DNA from: Candidatus Doudnabacteria bacterium RIFCSPHIGHO2_01_FULL_46_14
Lineage (GTDB): Bacteria; Patescibacteriota; Doudnabacteria; UBA920; 2-01-FULL-46-14
Assembly: GCA_001779925.1 (NCBI GenBank)
Contig: MFEK01000014.1
Location: 86,983-150,982, forward strand
DNA: 64,000 bases
Direction: 5' to 3'
Position 1 is the stretch's first letter; every line of letters begins with the position of its first letter. The translations under genes were made by a program, and so were the position numbers. The notes under the pieces are model-generated. The model searched no databases, was not told the DNA's origin, and was given only the letters and a program-made list of their open reading frames with translations. Positions 34,954 through 45,243 of this stretch are shown piece after piece.

Positions 34954-37605
34954 TTATCGTTTCGAGATAACTGCAGCGTGGCTTGTTTTAAAGGTCAGCT
35001 CCTCTTTCTTTGCATCAATCTCAATACTATCGCCGTTTTCGATTTCGCCTTTGATCATGGACAGAGCAAGTTTGTCGAGAATCTCTTTTTGCAGAGCTCG
35101 CTTCAGGGGGCGCGCGCCGTAGACCGGGTCATAGCCTTTTTCGGCCAAGACTTTCTTGGCGGCAGGTCGGACCTTGATCGTGATGTTGCGATCCATGAGG
35201 CGTTTCTGAATCTGAGCGATTTGCAAGTCCACAATAGTGTTGATTTGAGCTTGGGAGAGGGGATGGAAGATAATGATCTCATCAATGCGGTTTAGAAATT
35301 CCGGCCGGAAATGCTTGTTTAAGATATCGAGCACTTGCTCGCGCATTTCCTTTTCGGAAATCTCAGCCTGATCCTTATGTCCGTCCGCAAATCCTAGCCC
35401 TTGTTTGCGAATCATTTCCGAGCCGAGGTTGGAGGTCATGATGAGAATCGTATTTTTGAAATTGACTGCACGGCCCTTGGCGTCCGTGAGCTGGCCGTCG
35501 TCCAGGATCTGCAGCATGATGTTGAATATTTCCGGGTGAGCTTTTTCAATCTCATCGAACAATATTACGCTGTATGGGCGGCGCCGGATAATTTCCGTGA
35601 GCTGGCCGCCTTCCTCATAGCCGACATATCCCGGGGGTGAGCCAATAAATTTTGCTACAGAATGTTTTTCACTGTATTCAGACATGTCAATGCGCACGAG
35701 CGCTTTTTCATCGTTGAATAGAAATTCCGCAAGCGCTTTCGCAGTTTCAGTTTTTCCCACGCCGGTCGGCCCCATGAAAATAAATGAGCCGATAGGGCGG
35801 CGTTCTTCGGCAATGCCGGCGCGGCTTCTTCGGATCGCGTTGGAGATGGCGTCAATGGCTTCTGCCTGTCCGACGATTCTCTTTTTCATATCCGCTTCCA
35901 TATGGGACAGCTTCTTTGTCTCTGATTCGAGCATTTTGAACACTGGCACTCCGGTCCAGCGCGCAACTACATGAGCGATGTCTTCTTCTGTGACTTTTTC
36001 CCGCAGGATCTTGTGCTTGCTTTGCAGTTTGATGAGATATTGCTCTTTTTCTTCAATTTCCTTTGCGAGTTTCGGCAAAGTGCCGTAGCGGATTTCTGCC
36101 ACGCGATTGAGATCGCCGGCGCGCTCGGCTGCTTCAGCCTGCATTTTCAGTTCGTCTGTTTTGGATTTGTTCTCGCGAATCTTGGTGATAACCTCTTTTT
36201 CCGCTTCCCAGTGCAAGCGCAGAGTACGGGATTGTTCCCGCAGTTCCGCCAGCTCTTTTTCGATGCGCGGCAGCTCGAGCATGGACCGCTCCGACTCATC
36301 CTGTTTGAGAGCTTGCCGTTCTATCTCCAATTTTTGGATGCGCCTCGTCAAAAGATCAAGCTCTTCCGGCATACTGTCGATCTCCAACCTTAGATTAGAG
36401 CCGGCCTCATCAATAAGGTCAATGGCTTTGTCCGGCAGGAAGCGGTCTGAGATATAGCGGGATGAGAGGTGAGTGGCGGAGATTAATGCCTCATCAGTGA
36501 TTTTTACCCCGTGGTGAACCTCGTATTTTTCCTTGATGCCGCGGAGTATCGCGATAGTGTCTTCAACAGTCGGCTCGCTGATTATAATCGGCTGGAAGCG
36601 GCGCTCTAGGGCCGCGTCTTTTTCAATATATTTTTGATATTCTTTGAGGGTCGTAGCGCCAATCGCATGGAGCTGTCCGCGCGCCAGCATGGGCTTTAAC
36701 ATATTGGAGGCATCGAGACCTCCTTCGGCCGCGCCAGCGCCGACCACTGTATGCAGTTCGTCAATAAACAGGATAATTTTTCCAGCAGATCGTTCGATCT
36801 CGCGCAGTACTGATTTCAGGCGTTGTTCAAATTCGCCGCGGAACTTGGCGCCAGCCAGAAGCGCGCCCAGGTCAAGGCCAAGTAAGATTTTATTTTTCAG
36901 ACTCTCCGGCACGTCGCCAGAAATAATTCTTTGCGCCAACCCTTCCACCACAGCGGTTTTGCCCACGCCCGGCTCGCCGATGAGCACCGGGTTGTTTTTG
37001 GTACGCCGCGATAAAACCTGCATGACCCGGCGAATCTCTTGATCGCGCCCTATCACCGGGTCCAGTTTATTTTTATGCGCCAGTTCCGTGAGATTCAGGG
37101 TATATTTTTCAAGTGATTGATAAGTCTGCTCAGGCTCAGGATTGGTTACGCGCTCTGCGCCGCGGATGTCTTTGAGGCTTTCGAGGACCTCGTCTGTGCC
37201 CAGGCTGAACTGCTCGAGAATGCGCTTGGCCTGTCCTCCGCGCTCGAGAATTGCCAGAAACAAATGCTCTGTAGACACATAGTCATCCTTGAGTTTGATG
37301 GCTTCTTTCATGGACTGCGAAAGTACCTCGTTGAGGTTGCGAGTAACATAGATCTGCCCAAGCCCGGAAGGGAAGGCTGCAATCTGGGGGACGATCCGCA
37401 AATGCTTTTGGATCTGATTTTCCAGAAGCTTTGTATCTACCTTCAGTTTTTCCAACAGCGAGCCGACCACACCGCCTTCCTGCTGGATGAGCGAGAGGAG
37501 CAAATGCAAAGAGTCAACCTGCTGGTGCTCGTACTCGCTGGCGATTGTTTGAGAGGTTGCTATGGCCTCCTGGGCCTTTTGAGTAAATTTATCGAGTGGG
37601 ATCAT
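34954..37605 (-). CDS. clpB: Chaperone disaggregase ClpB
   Basis: Two AAA+ modules (GEPGVGKT and GPTGVGKT Walker A), middle coiled coil, 883 aa. Confidence 0.9.
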   Translation of the reverse strand: MIPLDKFTQKAQEAIATSQTIASEYEHQQVDSLHLLLSLIQQEGGVVGSLLEKLKVDTKLLENQIQKHLRIVPQIAAFPSGLGQIYVTRNLNEVLSQSMKEAIKLKDDYVSTEHLFLAILERGGQAKRILEQFSLGTDEVLESLKDIRGAERVTNPEPEQTYQSLEKYTLNLTELAHKNKLDPVIGRDQEIRRVMQVLSRRTKNNPVLIGEPGVGKTAVVEGLAQRIISGDVPESLKNKILLGLDLGALLAGAKFRGEFEQRLKSVLREIERSAGKIILFIDELHTVVGAGAAEGGLDASNMLKPMLARGQLHAIGATTLKEYQKYIEKDAALERRFQPIIISEPTVEDTIAILRGIKEKYEVHHGVKITDEALISATHLSSRYISDRFLPDKAIDLIDEAGSNLRLEIDSMPEELDLLTRRIQKLEIERQALKQDESERSMLELPRIEKELAELREQSRTLRLHWEAEKEVITKIRENKSKTDELKMQAEAAERAGDLNRVAEIRYGTLPKLAKEIEEKEQYLIKLQSKHKILREKVTEEDIAHVVARWTGVPVFKMLESETKKLSHMEADMKKRIVGQAEAIDAISNAIRRSRAGIAEERRPIGSFIFMGPTGVGKTETAKALAEFLFNDEKALVRIDMSEYSEKHSVAKFIGSPPGYVGYEEGGQLTEIIRRRPYSVILFDEIEKAHPEIFNIMLQILDDGQLTDAKGRAVNFKNTILIMTSNLGSEMIRKQGLGFADGHKDQAEISEKEMREQVLDILNKHFRPEFLNRIDEIIIFHPLSQAQINTIVDLQIAQIQKRLMDRNITIKVRPAAKKVLAEKGYDPVYGARPLKRALQKEILDKLALSMIKGEIENGDSIEIDAKKEELTFKTSHAAVISKR

Positions 37606-37750
37606 AGGAAATATAAAATTTAAAAATCAAAATGCAAAATTACTTATATTTTATAGTTAGCACTCTAAGATGTCAAGTGATAATCAGTAACACGGTTGAT
37701 GCAGTAAATATGGCCGATAGGAAGAATGATAGTCATGTATAAATGTCCAA

Positions 37751-38725
37751 TTATTTTCTAAAACGCCCGTGAAACTTGGCGTGGATTTCTTTTAATCTTT
37801 TATTGGTTAAATGCGTATAGATTTGCGTAGTCGTGATGGATGCGTGTCCCAGGATTTCCTGGACTGACCTGAGGTCTGCGCCGGCCTGCAGGAGATCCGT
37901 GGCCATTGTATGCCTGAGTGTATGCGGGGAAATTTTTATAGTAATCCCTGCCAGCAGAGCGTATTTTTTCATAAGGCGCTGGATCGTGCGAGCGGTGAGC
38001 GGTGAAACATCCGAGATGTCAATTTTATTATTTGAATGTCTTACGAAAAGGGCAGGGGAGTTATCCGATCTTTTGCTGAGATAATTTTTGAGCGCGCTGC
38101 GGGCAGCTGGCGACAAAAATACAACACGGATTTTATCGCCTTTCCCTTTGACTGAGAACTCGTCTTTTTTCAGGTTGACCTGTGCGCGTTTCAGGCCCGC
38201 GCATTCAGCAACGCGAAGGCCGGTGGAAAATAAAATCTCGAGAATCGCGCGGTCGCGCAAGCGCCGAAGTTCGTCTTTTTCCTGGTTGGTTGCGCGGAAG
38301 AGTTTTTCCAAATCCTCGGATTCAAGAAAGCTTACCTGCCTTGACGGCGTTTTTGGAAGTTCCAGTTTTTCGGCGGCAAGGCTTTTGACGTCGCGTCGGG
38401 CTAAATATTTGAGGAAAGAGCGAAGAGCAATAATGTGGTAGGTTTGCGTGGCGAGTTTCAGTTCTCCGCCTTCGTCCGCCTGAGGCGGACTTCGGCGGAC
38501 TTGTCGGCGATTCAATGCGAGGCGAAAGCTTCTTACCAAATCCAAATCAACGCCAGCAGGGGATGATACTCTTCGAGATTCCGCAAATTCGCAAAATCGC
38601 CGTAAATATAAATCATAATTGCGGATGGTCAGGCGAGAGCGGTTTTTTTCCACCTCTAGGTGCTCTAGGAATTGCTGTTTGTATTTTTTTAGTTCCGTTT
38701 GTTTCATATTGTGCGACGTACACAA
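37751..38725 (-). CDS. xerC: Tyrosine recombinase XerC/XerD-like carrying an in-frame hairpin-repeat insertion
   Basis: C-terminal HTLRHTMATDLLQAGADLRSVQEILGHASITTTQIYTHL with catalytic Tyr. Extra RRQVRRSPPQADEGGE segment encoded by the repeat at 38467-38500. Confidence 0.7.
   Translation of the reverse strand: MCTSHNMKQTELKKYKQQFLEHLEVEKNRSRLTIRNYDLYLRRFCEFAESRRVSSPAGVDLDLVRSFRLALNRRQVRRSPPQADEGGELKLATQTYHIIALRSFLKYLARRDVKSLAAEKLELPKTPSRQVSFLESEDLEKLFRATNQEKDELRRLRDRAILEILFSTGLRVAECAGLKRAQVNLKKDEFSVKGKGDKIRVVFLSPAARSALKNYLSKRSDNSPALFVRHSNNKIDISDVSPLTARTIQRLMKKYALLAGITIKISPHTLRHTMATDLLQAGADLRSVQEILGHASITTTQIYTHLTNKRLKEIHAKFHGRFRK
38467..38500. repeat. Hairpin repeat CCGCCTTCGTCCGCCTGAGGCGGACTTCGGCGGAC, homologous to 26664-26693
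   Basis: CTTCGTCCGCCTNNGGCGGACTNCGGCGG shared with the pilin-leader copy. Confidence 0.55.
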
Positions 38726-39235
38726 CTAGTATAGTAAACATCTCTACCGAAGTTAAGCGCGCTACTGTTGATAATCGTTTGACATAATATTAGACAGCCT
38801 GCAAAATGCATTTAACAAATACGGCTGATCAGAGGAACAAAACCTAATCGGTGAATCCGATGCCCCTCGATGTAGATCAGAGCCCTAGAAGCCAAGGAGG
38901 ACCTCATGTTTTTTGGTCACTTCTTTCCCCCGCCTCTTGGTGGCAACGTGTTTGTTCGTTGAATAGTTCACGAAACATTCGAAAACCACAACTACAAAGG
39001 AGAGTACTCTGATGAATGTTTCCGGTTCGAACAACTGGAACTTCGCACGGGTAGCCAATGGCGCAAGCAAAAATCACGAGCGCGCAGCCAACGGCAACGC
39101 GAAGACGAACAACAACAACAGCGCCATACACGGTTAGCGCTGAAAAACGTTAAGGAGAAGGCATGCAACGCTCCTACAGAAAGCCCCGTGATCGTCTCAT
39201 GGTATCGTAGTCGCGTTTAAGCGGCGACCATCTAA

Positions 39236-39290
39236 CCCGCTCATGTATTCACTCCCAATTTTTCCGGGACCACATGAGCGGGCCCCTTTT
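39236..39290 (+). terminator. Rho-independent terminator (11-bp stem CCCGCTCATGT / ACATGAGCGGG, then CCCCTTTT)
   Basis: Read directly; closes a short plus-strand unit of SD-led mini-ORFs (38897-39230). Confidence 0.5.
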
Positions 39291-39357
39291 ATATAAGGTT
39301 GCTTTTCCGGAAAATTTATGCTATAATTAGTTTAGAAAGTAAAATTAAATCATACAA

Positions 39358-42300
39358 ATGCTGAACAATAAGCGTTTTGGTAGATTGTTAATCCTTGCCG
39401 GAGTTATTTTGACGACCGGTTTTTTTGTGTCCGGAGTTTCAGAGGCCGCAGTCTCGATGGAGGGTAGTTTGGTTGCTGACAATTCGGGCACGGTTTACCT
39501 AGTCACCGGAGGAGAGCGCCGTCCGTTCCGGTCTCCCGAGGTTTTCTATTCTCACGGCTATAGCTTTTCCATGGTTGGCCAGGCTACAGCGGATGATTTG
39601 AACCTGCCGATTGGCCCTGTTATGATTTTCCGCGATGGCACGCTTGTCAAAGGTCCGAACGATCCACTGGTTTATCTCATTACCACCGGTTATAAGCGGC
39701 CGTTCCAGACTGCCGAGGATTTTTTGGGTCTTGGCTATTCTTTCTTTAATGTTGTTACAGCCAATGCCGAAACCTTTGCCGACCTTCCGGTAGGCGGAAT
39801 AATGAGCGAGGCTAAATATGGAGGCAATCACCCTCCGGGAACCTTAATCAATGACAACGGCACAATCTACCTGATAACACCCAACGGCCGGAGCGGATTT
39901 GCCAATGCGGATGATTTCCGGTCCCACGGCTATGGATTTAATCAAGTGGTTCTTGCGAATGAGACGGATCGGACATTGCCAAATACCGGCAATGTCCCAT
40001 ATCGGTTTATTCCCACTAGCTCTCTGCCTTTTTCTCCCAAGTCCCCGCCGCCGCTTCCCTCTGACCCGCGCGCGCCCACGAGACCGGCGGTGACAGGCCC
40101 AACCAGTGTCCTGGTCAAATCACTTAACACCTATAGCGCGGTTTCCACGGATCCTGATGGGGACTACATTATTTACACTTTTGACTGGGGCGATGGAAAC
40201 AGTTCCGAAAGATCCGCTGTTTCAGGACAACAGGTCTTTGTGTCCGAGCAGGTTTGGGCGACGAGCGGAATTTATACCGTGAAAGTCCAGGCCAGAGATG
40301 ATTTCGGTCATTATTCTGTGGTGAATACAATGACCGTTTCTGTCTTGCCGGATCTTCCGCCCGCGCCGACCGGCTCGGATTTGCCAGGTGATGCCAATCT
40401 TGACGACAAGGTGAATACTGGTGACTCCGTAGTAATCGACCTTCATGTTGACAATGTTTCAAAATTGACTGATCTTAACGCTTTAAACAATGCTGATGTC
40501 GACGGTAACGGTCTCATTACGAAAAATGATGCTAATCTGGTGGCCAATTTCTTTGGCCGCGTGATAAACAAATTTCCAACCTCCAGCACAACCGTAATCA
40601 GTTTTGCCAAAGCTTCTCCGTTGTCATCTACCACGGTCGCGGCGGGTGCGAACAATCAGCAGGTTGGAGCGTTTGCCGTTACAGTTATTGGCAACCCGGT
40701 ACAGGTCAGCAAGCTGGTGTTCGCTGTAAATAAAGCGATCACGAATGTTGTGGTTAAAGATGGCGACAAGATCATCGCAGGTCCGTTTGATGCGATCGGC
40801 GGCAAAATTACCATGACTGATACGATCATCTTTCAGCCAGGTACGTCCGATTATAAAATTTATGCCAATTTGAATAATGCTTTCGCAACCGGCGATGTAC
40901 TTACCCTGACTCTGGAAAATCCGGAGACCGCGGTGACCGCAAAAGATATTGTCAGTTTGTCAGGTATCACAGCCCAACCTAGGTACAACAAGGCACTTGA
41001 ATCAGTGATTATTAGAAAAGGGGCGGTTGTCGTGAGCACTTCGTCCAGTCCTGCCAGCCAAAGCGTTCTGATTGGAACTCCAGGATTTACATTTGCGAAT
41101 TTTGTGGTGGACGCCGCGGGTTCCTCGGAAGACATTCGTATTACTAGTTTCAAAGTCAGCCAAAAGACTTCCATGGTGGGGATTCAGAGTGATATTGCCA
41201 ATTTAACCATGTATGACGGGACTACACGGATTTCACCTTTTGTGCAACAACCCGGGGGAAGCTTAATTGTTACTTTCAATTTCACGAGTCCGGTCATAGT
41301 GCCTCGCGGAACCGCGAAGACGTTAACTTTGAAAGGAGACGTCGTTGCCGGGAAAAACGGCCAGACTCACAGTTTTGGCTGTCGGGGCACTGGATGCATA
41401 ACAGTTGTCGGATCTTCGACCGGAACAGCAATCACTCCAACAGTGGTGGACAGTGATGGTCCTATTATGACTCTAAGCGACGGCACTGGCGCTGGCGGCG
41501 GGACGCTTACCATTTCCGCTGATGCATCGAGCCCGCCGAGTGGTTTGCTGGTGGGGGGTGCAAGCAAGGTGACTGTTGCCGAGCTTCGCTTCTCAGCTGC
41601 AAATGACGATATGAATCTTGACAGTCTGCATTTTGATGTTACCGGGGTCAATGGGGGGATCCTGCGCAACCAAGTCAACCAGGTCTATCTTTTTGACGGG
41701 ACATCGCTTCTAGCTTTCGGTGTGCCGACTACCACCTCGGCAATTACTTTTCAAAATCTGCGCGACAGATTGATTATCCCAAAGAACGGAAGCAAAAAAC
41801 TCACAGTCAAGGTTGATACAGGTGTGGTGACGAATGGCCAAGGCGACGGTTATGTTGCCAGATCCGGCCAAGGCGTGGCCTTCAATGTTTATGAAGATTC
41901 GTATGGCGCCATTGGCCAGACTTCAGGGACGCGGGTTTTGAACAGCAGCAAATCCGGAAGCGTTACCGGCAGTGAATTTACGGTTTACAAATCCATTCCT
42001 AATGTTCAAAGAGTACCATTGAATACTGGGACATTAGTGAATGGTACCAATGTCCCAGTGTATAAGTTTAAAATCACTGCAGATTCAAAAGGTGATATTG
42101 CTTTTCATAAGGCAGTATTTGAAATTAGTGCCAGCAATGTTAGTACCGGGCCTTCGTATGGATTGTTTGAGGAGCCGGGTACCATTAATGAGGTAGATTT
42201 GAACTATTATCCGGAACTTCCGGGTGCATCCACTGATCCTATTTCCAGTAAAATAAATCTGATAAAGCGAGTCGGTACACCTGGTAATTTCAGATTAATT

Positions 42301-45126
42301 GCCGCAGGACTATCGAAAATTTACGAGGTTCGGACAACAATTTCCAATCGTTCCGGAAACGCTACAGTGAGTACTGTTATGCTGGGGGATTCCAGTTCGA
42401 TATTCGTGCCAGGACAGCCGCCAGTCCTCAACACAATGACAGGCGTAGATAGTTTTTCCGCGAGCAATTTTATCTGGTCTGATTTACACAGGTCAAATAA
42501 TCCGTCAGCCGTTCCGCTTTTGACACAGTGGTACAATGGTTTCAGAGTTCCCGGACTCCCGTCCCGCTCTGATGCGCAAGTCTTGACAAGCCCAAATGTT
42601 GCCCCGCCGCCAGTTCCAACCCCCACTCCCGGTCCGACCCCTGTTCCTGTTCCCTCCTACCGCTACATCAAGGTCCAATCCTCAAGCAATTCCTGGATCG
42701 CTTGGCATGAGATTCAAGCCATTGACACCTCGGGAAATATTCTCACCCCAGTAAGTTGCAGCGCCAGCGGCAACTACCTCTCTTCCTGTCAGGATGTGTA
42801 CCCTGGCAGGGGATCATATTGGAATGCAGGTGACTGGAGCGGCTGGATTACGCTGGATTATGGCGCTAACAAATTCATCTCACAGATAAAGCTCTTGCCG
42901 AGCAATTCTCCCAACCCTGCTTCTGGCACCCACGAGATTTTCGCCATGGCAGACGGCGGATCAGGCTATGGATCCCCAATAAAAACTTTCAGCGGGGCTT
43001 ACTATGACCAGCAGTGGCTCACGCACCAGGTTTCCTCTTCATCTGGCATTGGTCTTGAAAATCCCGGGGCAGTAACAGTCACGGCTCCGGCCGGGCAGTA
43101 TACAAATGCTTTCAGCATCCGTTCCACAACTGCCAAATCTTTCTATTTCTACGGCTACCCAACCAGCTATGGAGCAGGGATAAATATCGCCGAGTCGAGC
43201 GGAGGCATCTCCCCGGGAACACAGATGGATATCCGGATCCAGGTCAACAGTAATGTGCCTGCCGGAACCTACAAAGGCACAGTCAGTCTGCGTACCTCAG
43301 ATTCTGGCATAACCGGTGAGGTCACATTCCCGATCACAGTCATTGTGCCGTCTGCAGGATTACCAGATTTCAGCGTTGAACTGCCGATGGATATCAATCC
43401 CAAGATCGTTGACGCCTCAAATGCCATTGAGGTAAACAAGGACGCAGTACTGAGCTTTACCATAAAAAATAATGGGAGTACCTGGCCTACCAAGCCATCA
43501 TTTAGCCTCAGCTACAAAACAGGGATAAATCCAGTAAATGCTGATGCAGCTATTCCTGAAAATACCTGCAGTACTCTCACTCAGATGGCTTCAAATCAGT
43601 CTTGTGTATATGCGGTCAAGCTGAAATACAGCCAGACCACGTCTCTGACCAACAACGAAGTAAGGCTGGATATCGATTATTATAATTTGATCACAGAGAC
43701 AGATGAAAGTAATAATTGGGGCATCACTAGTTTTGGCGTCCGGTCAGTGCCCGTTGTCCCCAAACTAATTTCCTTATCTCAAAATTCCGGACCCACAGGA
43801 ACGAAAATCAATATTGAGGGAACAGACATAATGCTTTTGGGACGACCCACTACCGTATGGTTTGGCGCTGTCAGCGCATCCTTTCCTTTCGGCAGCGGAT
43901 TTATCCTCACCAACGTAGAGGTTCCAACTAGCTTAACCCAGGGTATTTACCCGGTGACAGTGAGTAATGGCGTAATGACGAGTAATGCCTTAAACTTTAC
44001 CGTTACAACAGGTGTGCCTAACACACCTTCCAATCTCGTGGCCGACAACTCGGTTTGCGGACAGGTCACCTTGAGCTGGACTGACAATGCCGCGAATGAA
44101 GATGGCTTTAAGATTTACCGCAATACAGCAGCGCCGAGCAGTGATTATTTTGAAACCGGAACTGGCTTTTCCAGGAAACGTTATGATCTAGTCTGGACAG
44201 TTGGCAATAACCTAAACACTCACACCTCAGGACCGCTGACTGACAATCCATCACCGGGAGGAGGTTATGGGTATGCAGTGCGCGCGTATAATAATACGAT
44301 GGGGGACTCAGCATGGGTGACCACTTCAAATTCAGTTTTGGTCAATCAATGCACCCAGTCGCCGCCACCGACCCCTACTCCTGTTCCAGCACCAGCACCT
44401 ACCCCGACGCCAGTTCCAACCCCCACTCCCGGTCCGACCCCTGTTCCTGTTCCCTCCTACCGTTACCTCAAGGTCCAATCCACGAGCAATTCCTGGGTGG
44501 CTTGGCATAAAATCGAAGCATATGACAGCGGTGGCAATCTTTTGACTCCTGTGAGCTGCAGCGCCAGCGATACTTATTCAACCTATGTCTGCCAAAATAC
44601 TTACCCGGGCGCGAGTTCGTATTTCATTTCCCCCGGTTACAGCGCCTCCATAACCCTGGACTATGGCAGCAACAAAAGTATTTCCCAGGTCAAGCTAAAG
44701 CCCAGCAATGACCCCAATCCTGCCAATGCCACGCACCAGCTGTTTGGGATGGCAGATGTGGACACTGGCTCCGGCTACGTGAGCCTCAAGACATTCAGCG
44801 GTCCAATCTACGACCAGCAGTGGCTCACATACGACACATCTGCTGTGCAGGGCGCGAGCATTGGCAATCGTGCGCCTTCCGCGCCCACTATCACCAAAAC
44901 CGGCCAGGTAATTTATGGCTATTCAGTTGATCTGGATGGTGACGCGATTACTTACCGCGTGAACTGGGGAGATGGAAGCGCGGAAGAAACCCAAAGACTC
45001 GGTTCGGGATACGCTTATGTTTTATCGCATGGCTGGAGAACGGGGACTTATCTTGTGACAGTCGCGGCAGATGATGGCCGGGGCAGCAGTGCGTCCGTTT
45101 CTTTCATGCTCGTTTCCGTGCCGTAA
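39358..45126 (+). CDS. Giant (1922 aa) secreted multidomain surface protein: N-terminal GTxY repeats, PKD-like domains, dockerin-like repeats, IPT/TIG, FN3, two discoidin-like domains
   Basis: Signal peptide; four ~45-aa repeats (GTVYLVTGGERRPFRSPEVFYSHGYSF); PKD signatures DGDYIIYTFDWGDGN and DGDAITYRVNWGDGS; dockerin-like DANLDDKVNTGD and DVDGNGLITKND; FN3 LSWTDNAANEDGFKIYRN. Confidence 0.7.
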   Translation: MLNNKRFGRLLILAGVILTTGFFVSGVSEAAVSMEGSLVADNSGTVYLVTGGERRPFRSPEVFYSHGYSFSMVGQATADDLNLPIGPVMIFRDGTLVKGPNDPLVYLITTGYKRPFQTAEDFLGLGYSFFNVVTANAETFADLPVGGIMSEAKYGGNHPPGTLINDNGTIYLITPNGRSGFANADDFRSHGYGFNQVVLANETDRTLPNTGNVPYRFIPTSSLPFSPKSPPPLPSDPRAPTRPAVTGPTSVLVKSLNTYSAVSTDPDGDYIIYTFDWGDGNSSERSAVSGQQVFVSEQVWATSGIYTVKVQARDDFGHYSVVNTMTVSVLPDLPPAPTGSDLPGDANLDDKVNTGDSVVIDLHVDNVSKLTDLNALNNADVDGNGLITKNDANLVANFFGRVINKFPTSSTTVISFAKASPLSSTTVAAGANNQQVGAFAVTVIGNPVQVSKLVFAVNKAITNVVVKDGDKIIAGPFDAIGGKITMTDTIIFQPGTSDYKIYANLNNAFATGDVLTLTLENPETAVTAKDIVSLSGITAQPRYNKALESVIIRKGAVVVSTSSSPASQSVLIGTPGFTFANFVVDAAGSSEDIRITSFKVSQKTSMVGIQSDIANLTMYDGTTRISPFVQQPGGSLIVTFNFTSPVIVPRGTAKTLTLKGDVVAGKNGQTHSFGCRGTGCITVVGSSTGTAITPTVVDSDGPIMTLSDGTGAGGGTLTISADASSPPSGLLVGGASKVTVAELRFSAANDDMNLDSLHFDVTGVNGGILRNQVNQVYLFDGTSLLAFGVPTTTSAITFQNLRDRLIIPKNGSKKLTVKVDTGVVTNGQGDGYVARSGQGVAFNVYEDSYGAIGQTSGTRVLNSSKSGSVTGSEFTVYKSIPNVQRVPLNTGTLVNGTNVPVYKFKITADSKGDIAFHKAVFEISASNVSTGPSYGLFEEPGTINEVDLNYYPELPGASTDPISSKINLIKRVGTPGNFRLIAAGLSKIYEVRTTISNRSGNATVSTVMLGDSSSIFVPGQPPVLNTMTGVDSFSASNFIWSDLHRSNNPSAVPLLTQWYNGFRVPGLPSRSDAQVLTSPNVAPPPVPTPTPGPTPVPVPSYRYIKVQSSSNSWIAWHEIQAIDTSGNILTPVSCSASGNYLSSCQDVYPGRGSYWNAGDWSGWITLDYGANKFISQIKLLPSNSPNPASGTHEIFAMADGGSGYGSPIKTFSGAYYDQQWLTHQVSSSSGIGLENPGAVTVTAPAGQYTNAFSIRSTTAKSFYFYGYPTSYGAGINIAESSGGISPGTQMDIRIQVNSNVPAGTYKGTVSLRTSDSGITGEVTFPITVIVPSAGLPDFSVELPMDINPKIVDASNAIEVNKDAVLSFTIKNNGSTWPTKPSFSLSYKTGINPVNADAAIPENTCSTLTQMASNQSCVYAVKLKYSQTTSLTNNEVRLDIDYYNLITETDESNNWGITSFGVRSVPVVPKLISLSQNSGPTGTKINIEGTDIMLLGRPTTVWFGAVSASFPFGSGFILTNVEVPTSLTQGIYPVTVSNGVMTSNALNFTVTTGVPNTPSNLVADNSVCGQVTLSWTDNAANEDGFKIYRNTAAPSSDYFETGTGFSRKRYDLVWTVGNNLNTHTSGPLTDNPSPGGGYGYAVRAYNNTMGDSAWVTTSNSVLVNQCTQSPPPTPTPVPAPAPTPTPVPTPTPGPTPVPVPSYRYLKVQSTSNSWVAWHKIEAYDSGGNLLTPVSCSASDTYSTYVCQNTYPGASSYFISPGYSASITLDYGSNKSISQVKLKPSNDPNPANATHQLFGMADVDTGSGYVSLKTFSGPIYDQQWLTYDTSAVQGASIGNRAPSAPTITKTGQVIYGYSVDLDGDAITYRVNWGDGSAEETQRLGSGYAYVLSHGWRTGTYLVTVAADDGRGSSASVSFMLVSVP
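42611..42720. repeat. Internal direct repeat, copy 1 (linker plus discoidin-like domain start); copy 2 at 44411-44520, exactly 1800 bp downstream
   Basis: 50-nt identical core CAGTTCCAACCCCCACTCCCGGTCCGACCCCTGTTCCTGTTCCCTCCTAC, then about 85% identity for 60 nt. Confidence 0.7.
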
Positions 45127-45243
45127 AATTTGCGGCTTCCTCTTGCATAACCCGAAAATTTGTGCTATAATAATAGGTATGAATCCTGTTAGATATTACG
45201 TTTGCACAAGCAGTGTTACGGATTTTAATGTATCTTCATTATT

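Noticed and set aside
35684-37623. Multiple plus-strand ORFs inside clpB (35684-35974, 35971-36393, 36107-36457, 36644-37042, 37117-37623)
   Set aside because: They are antisense to the 883-aa ClpB ORF. Their Ser/Arg-rich, low-complexity translations are typical of shadow ORFs.
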